This document shows positions 58,500 through 64,000 of a DNA stretch of 64,000 nucleotides, piece after piece. The translations under genes and the position numbers were made by a program. Each line of letters starts with the position of its first letter. Positions within the stretch are counted from its first letter, which is position 1. The stretch covers positions 2,908 to 66,907 of the forward strand of contig JBBAPZ010000006.1 of assembly GCA_040400605.1 (NCBI GenBank), read 5' to 3'. Source of the DNA: Candidatus Sericytochromatia bacterium (GTDB lineage: Bacteria > Cyanobacteriota > Sericytochromatia > S15B-MN24 > JAQBPE01). Under the pieces are notes generated by a model. It worked only from the letters and a program-made list of their open reading frames with translations, ran no database searches and was not told the origin of the DNA.

Positions 58500-60020
58500 A
58501 TGTCTGAAATTTTTTCGTATGCATTGTTACCGCTGATGCTGCTGACAGGTTTCGCGGTTATTGTGATGTTGTTGTCGGCCCTTGTGCAAGACAGTCGCAG
58601 AGTCGCTTACTTCAGCTTGGCCGGGCTCGGTCTGGTTGCTTTGGCGAGCTATGGCGCCTGGCTGCATGCGCCTGCGAGCGCACAGTTTTTTGGTGGCTCA
58701 GTCACCATCGATCGTTTTTCCTATTATGGCTACTGTCTGTTTTTGGCAGCAGGTATGGTAACCATCGTCAGTGCGTTGCAACAGTTGGAGGAAGAGAACA
58801 CCCTACGTGGTGAGTACTTCGCTTTGCTACTGTTTGCATTGAGTGGTGCCTTCGTGATGGTGAGCAGCCTGGACTTGATGACCTTGTTTTTGGGGCTTGA
58901 AACGATGTCTTTGGCAGTTTATGCCTTGGTGGGTTATCGGCGGGGCGATCGCCGGGGCAACGAGGCCATACTGAAATACTTCTTTTTGGGTGCGTTGGCA
59001 GCGGCCATTTTTTTATATGGCATTGCGCTCATCTATGGTGCTGTCGGTACCGTCAATCTGGCAGCGCTCGCGGCGCAGCTGGAGGGCACAGCGTTGAAAA
59101 ATTCGCCGGTTTTGATGCTCGGATCGCTCATGTTAGTGGTTGCATTGGGCTTCAAGATCGCCGCATTTCCGTTTCATATGTGGCTCCCTGATGTATACGA
59201 AGGAGCCCCGTCCACGGTAACTGGTTTCATGGCGACCGCAGTCAAGGTGGCGGCGTTTGCGGTTCTCATTCGCTTTTTGCTGGCGCTTGGTGCGCCTGGC
59301 GCCTTGCATGACATGTTGACGCAATGCTTGCTTGGGATGGCAGTCTTGACCATGTTTGTCGGCAATATTTTTGCGATGGCGCAATCCAGTGTGAAGCGGA
59401 TGTTGGCATTTTCGGGCATTGCTCACACCGGCTATCTGTTGGTCGGCCTGACCGCCCTTCCAGATGTCGATGCGGGGTCGTCGGTTCTGGTCTATCTTGC
59501 GGCCTATGTGTTGACCGGCATTGCTGCCTTTGCGTGTCTCAGTCACTTGAGTGGGCGGTTTGAGAAACGGCGGGCCTTCAGTGATTTTGCTGGTGTTGGT
59601 TTTGAACAGCCTTTGGCTGCAACCGTGTTGGCGTTGTGTCTTTTCAGTTTGATTGGCTTTCCGCCGACGGTCGGTTTTTTCGCGAAGTACTATTTATTCC
59701 TGGCGGCCGTCAAGGCTGGCTTGACGCCATTGGTTGTCGTGGCAGTGGTCAACAGTATTTTATCGATTTATTATTATTTGCGTCTGGTTATGGTGATGTT
59801 TATGGTGCGATCGCCTGAACCGCTTAAAACAGGGACATCTGCCTCGCCGATGGTGCGCTTGGTCTACGTCTGGGCGGCCTGCGCCATTTTTTGGGGTGGC
59901 GTCGGTGGCGTCAGCCTGTCGCCTCTGTTGCCGGGCGCGGCACCCCTGATGCAGAGCGCACGCCAAGCGATGGAAACCTTGGGGTTGCCTGCGCAAGCCG
60001 CATTGTCCCAAGCGCGTTGA
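58500..60020 (+). CDS. nuoN: NADH-quinone oxidoreductase subunit N
   Basis: Antiporter-like subunit in the terminal operon position. Confidence 0.85.
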   Translation: MSEIFSYALLPLMLLTGFAVIVMLLSALVQDSRRVAYFSLAGLGLVALASYGAWLHAPASAQFFGGSVTIDRFSYYGYCLFLAAGMVTIVSALQQLEEENTLRGEYFALLLFALSGAFVMVSSLDLMTLFLGLETMSLAVYALVGYRRGDRRGNEAILKYFFLGALAAAIFLYGIALIYGAVGTVNLAALAAQLEGTALKNSPVLMLGSLMLVVALGFKIAAFPFHMWLPDVYEGAPSTVTGFMATAVKVAAFAVLIRFLLALGAPGALHDMLTQCLLGMAVLTMFVGNIFAMAQSSVKRMLAFSGIAHTGYLLVGLTALPDVDAGSSVLVYLAAYVLTGIAAFACLSHLSGRFEKRRAFSDFAGVGFEQPLAATVLALCLFSLIGFPPTVGFFAKYYLFLAAVKAGLTPLVVVAVVNSILSIYYYLRLVMVMFMVRSPEPLKTGTSASPMVRLVYVWAACAIFWGGVGGVSLSPLLPGAAPLMQSARQAMETLGLPAQAALSQAR

Positions 60021-60092
60021 TATTGTTGCTGGTTGCCGCTGGTTTAGTTAAAAAAAGGTAAAATTATAAGCAAGTTTACCCTTTAAATCGGC

Positions 60093-60098
60093 TATAAT
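60093..60098 (+). promoter_or_regulatory. TATAAT -10-like hexamer inside a 110-bp AT-rich island after nuoN
   Basis: Region 60030-60140 is about 30% GC in a roughly 60% GC context. TATAAT at 60093. GGTAAA...TTTACC inverted repeat at 60057-60081. Confidence 0.25.
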
Positions 60099-60148
60099 TT
60101 TAATTGTAACTTAACCTGATGGGCGAGTGTTGGATTGTATCCGATTGA

Positions 60149-60475
60149 ATGGTGAGGTGTGCTGTGCGTGCGATGTTGTCATTTACCTGTCGCGAACTGG
60201 ACTTGACTTACGATGAGATTTACCAAGAGTTAGCGATTTTTTTGGAACAGTCGCCGGAAGACGTATGTCGGAAGGTTCCGCCGGATGATGCTACTGTTCT
60301 GTTGAAATACCATCGACGCCAGGCACAGCGCCGTCGGGTTTTTACAGACTTGGCAGATCAGTTGGGTGTTGACGTGATGACAGTTTTTTCAGCGGTTTCA
60401 GCGGAGGGTGCCATGATTTTGCTTGAAGCGCTGTGTGCTAAGCGAATTGCTGAAGCGGTCGATTCGGCGCACTGA
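60149..60475 (+). CDS. hypothetical small protein
   Basis: 108-aa ORF followed directly by a strong terminator. Start uncertain; an alternative is ATG 60173. Confidence 0.4.
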   Translation: MVRCAVRAMLSFTCRELDLTYDEIYQELAIFLEQSPEDVCRKVPPDDATVLLKYHRRQAQRRRVFTDLADQLGVDVMTVFSAVSAEGAMILLEALCAKRIAEAVDSAH

Positions 60476-60494
60476 TTGCGTAACGGAAAAGTAG

Positions 60495-60525
60495 AGGCTG
60501 CTCCCGAAAGGGGGCAGTTTTTTTT
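60495..60525 (+). terminator. intrinsic terminator
   Basis: GGCTGCTCCC-gaaa-GGGGGCAG followed by TTTTTTTT. Confidence 0.7.
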
Positions 60526-60625
60526 GGTGTGCGTTTGGCTCGTCGATGAATTTGATGATTTTCTGGTGTTGATTCAATGATTGGTCAATTTGGATGATTT
60601 GTTAATTGTGGGGTAAGATTGTCAT

Positions 60626-62464
60626 ATGGCCGGAGGCATCGTACAGAGTCAAACCATTAGCAGTGCTCAGCGTCGTGGTGAGATTGCTGCCATTTTGTGG
60701 AAGCATGGTTTAGATGCCTTGCTCTATCAGTTGAGCTTGGTTGATTTTTTGCCGACGGGCTGGCGCGATCGCCTTTCACGTTATGCCGTCAGCACACGGG
60801 ATGTGACGTCTGACGGTGACGAGGTTGAACTGCGGTTGCCGTTGCCGCAGAAACTGCGCGAGGTGCTGGAGGAGCTGGGGCCAACGTTTGTCAAACTGGG
60901 CCAGGTGATGTCAACCCGTGCCGATGTCTTGCCGCCTGCTTACATTGTTGAATTGTCGAAATTGCAGGAGACGGTGACGCCACTCGACTGGGCGAGTATG
61001 GAGTCCGTGTTGCTGGAAGAGTGGGCTCATAAGCAACGTGAACGTAACCTTGGTGAGCTTGCCGTTATGTCCGCCCGGGATGTGTTTGTTGAGTTCAATG
61101 AAACGCCGATTGCTGCAGGAAGCATTGGCCAGGTGTATACGGCGGCAATTAGGGACACCGATGGCGAAGGTTTGCGGCGTGTGATAGTCAAGTTGCAGCG
61201 TCCGGGCATCGAGGGAATCGTTGAGGCTGACATAAGGCTGTTGCGTGATTTTGCGCGGATTCTGGCCAAGCGTTTTGAGTGGGCACGTTTTTACAATTTA
61301 ACGGAAATCATTGATGAGTTTTCGGGGGTGATACGGGCGGAGCTTGACTACACGCGAGAGGGGCAGAACACCGAGATTATTGGGCACAGTTTGCATAAGC
61401 ATTATGCCAGGCAGGTCAGTACGCCGCGTGTTTTTTGGGAGTATTCAGGTCATCGGATGCTGACCTTGGAATTTGTGGAAGGGATCAAGATTTCGAGCTT
61501 GTTTCCGGGGTCGGTGCAGGTTGCGCGGGAAGGTTCCGGTTTTATTGAACTAGGCGATGAGCAACGTAAGGCTTTGGCTGCGACGGTAACCAACATGTTT
61601 TTACAGCAGATCTTCGTTGATGGCTTTTTTCACGCTGATCCACACCCTGGAAATCTGATGGTTCGGCCGGCTTCAAGCGCCGGCATTCCCGAAATTGTTC
61701 TGATCGACTTTGGGATGGTGGGTCGCATTGATCCACGCTCGCGCGACTTGCTAATAGATTTTCTATTGGCAGTCGTCCAGTTCGATGCAGCGCGGGCGAC
61801 CGAACGCATCCTTGAATATGGGCAGCCCAGCCGCTTGATTGATCGGCACGCCTTGTCAGTCGAGTTGGATCACCTTTTACGGAGTTTTCTCGGGAAGCCC
61901 ATCCGAGAGGTAGAAGTGGGTCAGTTGTTGCAGCAGATTCTAAACCTGATGGTTCGCTATCGCGTACGCATGCCACCAAGCTTTTTGATGATGGCCAGGG
62001 TTTTTGTGACCATTGAGGGCATCAATCGGCAGTTGGATCAGGATTATATGCTGATCAAGGTTGCGGAACCGTTTATTATGCAAACCTTGACGGACCAGTT
62101 TTTTGCGCAGTTAAACCGGCAGGAATTGGCTCGTACCGCCCTGGATTGGCGAAACATTGCGGTCAGGACACCACGACAGATCGATGATATTCTGACTCAG
62201 GTCAATGCGGGGCGTCTGCGCTTTGAGTCTCAGTTACTCGGGCTTGAGGACACGCGCCGCACCATTGCCGTTTTTGGCGACAAAATCAGCTTCTCACTGC
62301 TGATTTCATCCATGATCATCGGAGCGGCCATTGTGATGCATGCCCCGTCGACGCATCGGTTGTTTGGCTACCCCGTTTTAAGCCTTGCCATTTTCATCGT
62401 GTCTGCCGTGATGGCACTGTGGTTGGTCGGCTGGATTTTGCGGTCAGGCTCACTAAAACAGTAA
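60626..62464 (+). CDS. ABC1/UbiB-family atypical protein kinase with C-terminal TM segments
   Basis: AAGSIGQVYTA...VVKLQRPG (kinase-like lobe), HADPHPGNL and IDFGMVG motifs of the ABC1/ADCK family. Two C-terminal TM helices. Confidence 0.85.
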   Translation: MAGGIVQSQTISSAQRRGEIAAILWKHGLDALLYQLSLVDFLPTGWRDRLSRYAVSTRDVTSDGDEVELRLPLPQKLREVLEELGPTFVKLGQVMSTRADVLPPAYIVELSKLQETVTPLDWASMESVLLEEWAHKQRERNLGELAVMSARDVFVEFNETPIAAGSIGQVYTAAIRDTDGEGLRRVIVKLQRPGIEGIVEADIRLLRDFARILAKRFEWARFYNLTEIIDEFSGVIRAELDYTREGQNTEIIGHSLHKHYARQVSTPRVFWEYSGHRMLTLEFVEGIKISSLFPGSVQVAREGSGFIELGDEQRKALAATVTNMFLQQIFVDGFFHADPHPGNLMVRPASSAGIPEIVLIDFGMVGRIDPRSRDLLIDFLLAVVQFDAARATERILEYGQPSRLIDRHALSVELDHLLRSFLGKPIREVEVGQLLQQILNLMVRYRVRMPPSFLMMARVFVTIEGINRQLDQDYMLIKVAEPFIMQTLTDQFFAQLNRQELARTALDWRNIAVRTPRQIDDILTQVNAGRLRFESQLLGLEDTRRTIAVFGDKISFSLLISSMIIGAAIVMHAPSTHRLFGYPVLSLAIFIVSAVMALWLVGWILRSGSLKQ

Positions 62465-62482
62465 GCGTCACGTTTTTGTGGC

Positions 62483-63232
62483 TTATTTTTTGGCTTTCTT
62501 CTTGTCTGAACCTTTGGCGCTCGCCTTGGCTTTATTGGTCTTTTTCGTGTTGTCTGCTTTTTGGCTGCCTTTGCCAAAAAGACGGCCCAAAAAGGCGAAA
62601 AGACCTTGGCTTTTTTTAGCTGCGCCGCTCTCCGGTGTGTAGTGTTGCTTGAGTGTGGCGTTGCGCGGATCCAATTTATGCGCGCTTGCAAAGCATCGCT
62701 GGGCCATCGTGTCGAGGCCCTGTTTGGAGTAGGAAACACCCAACATCACATGATAGTCGGCGACAGTGGAATCCAACTTGACGGCCTCCTTAAAGTAGTT
62801 GATCGCAACCCCGTATTTCTTGCGATTAATGTAGGCGAGGCCTTGATCAAATTGATTTTTTGCCTGCCCAGCACGGGCTTGGTTGGCTTGGAGTTCTTCA
62901 TTTTTTTTCGCATTGGCCTCGTGAATGGCGTTATCAATAACGGCACGCATATCACCGCTAGCCATTGTCAACTTCAACGCATTTTGCCCGCCAAATCCCA
63001 TACGACGAGCAAAATCATACTCCGCGCGCATCTCGTCATCCTTGAGGGTCTGATAGGCCGCTGAGACTTTGGCGAATTGGGCGCTAGCCTCACGGCGTTT
63101 TGCTTCGTCATCCGGATAGCGATCCGGATGCAGTTCGCTCGCCAGCGATTTGAAGGCCTTTTTGATATCATCGCCCGTGGCGTCCTCAGTGAGGCCGAGC
63201 AAGTCATAAAGGTCGTGTTCCCATAACTCCAA
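62483..63232 (-). CDS. DnaJ (J-domain) protein with TPR-like repeats and Lys-rich C-terminal tail
   Basis: DLYDLLGL...HPDR J-domain with HPD. TPR-like helices (YINRKKYGVAINYFKEAVKLD). Tail KKTNKAKASAKGSDKKKAKK. Confidence 0.75.
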   Translation of the reverse strand: MELWEHDLYDLLGLTEDATGDDIKKAFKSLASELHPDRYPDDEAKRREASAQFAKVSAAYQTLKDDEMRAEYDFARRMGFGGQNALKLTMASGDMRAVIDNAIHEANAKKNEELQANQARAGQAKNQFDQGLAYINRKKYGVAINYFKEAVKLDSTVADYHVMLGVSYSKQGLDTMAQRCFASAHKLDPRNATLKQHYTPESGAAKKSQGLFAFLGRLFGKGSQKADNTKKTNKAKASAKGSDKKKAKK

Positions 63233-63247
63233 AATTGTGCTCCTTGC

Positions 63248-63952
63248 CTAGCTCAGCCACTGCTTCGCGGTTTCAATTCGCGTATGGTAGTCAGTTGCAA
63301 ACAGATGTTCCGCGCGAGGAATTAGCCTGGGAGACAGTGCCGTTGCAGGTTTGAGGCAACCGATAACCGTCTGCGTGACCGGATGGTGGGCCCATTGCAA
63401 CATCGCTTCCGGCCGCATGCGTGCAGCTTGACTCCAATATCGCTCAGATGCTCGATAATAATCAAGGCCTTCAGACGCCTTAACGGCGACACAGCAATGC
63501 CCTGCGATTTCAAAAGCCATTGCCATGCACGCAACTTCACCGTTGTCGTTTTGATTGAGGCTTGTGATGTTGCGTATCCCCTCTTCCACGAACAGCAACG
63601 CACGCACACCCGTGGCTTGAGCCGTTCGGGTTCGCTTGGCGAGTTGGTAAAGCGAGGCTGCCCACAGCAGATCGAAGATCGTCTGGTGAAAAGAACCAAA
63701 GTCCGTTGTGTCATAGCGCAGAATTTGATCACCCGAATGCCCAAGGCCAAGTTTTCCTTGGGCATGAATCTCAAGACAACGCGCTGCCTTGAATGCGTCT
63801 CCGATTGAGAGAAGGTGGTGCACGATTCGCTCAATTTCTTGTCGCGAACGGCCAAGCGCAGCAACAATCCAGTCCGATACATCTCCTGATGGCTGCGTTG
63901 ATGCAGATGTCTGTTGTTCCGGAAACCAGAGCTCTACGGTTTCGTCCTTCAC
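63248..63952 (-). CDS. hypothetical protein
   Basis: 234-aa ORF, complete in the window, with no recognisable motif. Confidence 0.4.
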   Translation of the reverse strand: MKDETVELWFPEQQTSASTQPSGDVSDWIVAALGRSRQEIERIVHHLLSIGDAFKAARCLEIHAQGKLGLGHSGDQILRYDTTDFGSFHQTIFDLLWAASLYQLAKRTRTAQATGVRALLFVEEGIRNITSLNQNDNGEVACMAMAFEIAGHCCVAVKASEGLDYYRASERYWSQAARMRPEAMLQWAHHPVTQTVIGCLKPATALSPRLIPRAEHLFATDYHTRIETAKQWLS

Positions 63953-64000
63953 GTGACAGGCCTCAATTGAACATTGACATACAACACCATAAATCAGTTT

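Noticed and set aside
63322-63882. 186-aa minus-strand ORF
   Set aside because: Alternative frame entirely inside the 63248-63952 ORF.

Overview
This 64-kb window is high-GC (about 60%) bacterial chromosome that is mostly core metabolism, with a densely packed accessory stretch in the middle. The outer membrane appears to be anchored by an SLH-domain porin. I found no rRNA, no intact tRNA, no CRISPR array, and no integrase or transposase.

Main content, in order along the window:
- The 5' edge holds a truncated mutY that the ORF track missed because it runs off the window.
- hutU (urocanase) and an HD-GYP c-di-GMP phosphodiesterase follow.
- A DUF697 protein is translationally coupled to tsaD.
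- A minus-strand run encodes membrane and peptidase genes: an M50B-like peptidase, an MBL hydrolase, rnhA, a PF06089 asparaginase, an S8 subtilase, a secreted CarboxypepD_reg protein and a HIT protein.
- A eukaryotic-type UDP-sugar pyrophosphorylase has a structured 5' leader.
- A second minus-strand block reads, from high to low coordinate: a DUF5995 protein, pilT, polX, a small 59-aa Cys-rich protein (not in the ORF track) and a 4xLysM membrane protein.
- A GNAT-like gene overlaps a PaaK-like adenylate-forming ligase by 4 bp.
- The full pyruvate dehydrogenase operon is present (E1 alpha, E1 beta, E2, E3).
- aroA, a C11 clostripain-like peptidase, clpS and rplS follow.
- The most interesting locus spans 38.2-45.4 kb, with all genes on the minus strand, transcribed from high to low coordinate. 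It encodes a 2xLysM protein, a PilZ protein, an SLH porin, a CarboxypepD_reg lipoprotein, a degenerate Dam-like protein, a PATAN/DUF4388 protein, mglB and mglA. I read this as a candidate c-di-GMP-linked polarity or motility module.
- A complete 14-gene complex I operon (nuoA-N) follows, preceded by a decayed tandem duplicate of the nuoA 5' end.
- The 3' end holds an ABC1/UbiB-type kinase, a DnaJ-TPR protein and a hypothetical protein.

A short motif family (TTGATTGGTGATCAA and relatives) recurs in intergenic regions, including two 18-nt-identical copies that overlap stop codons.

All functional assignments come from motif recognition by eye and have not been searched against databases.
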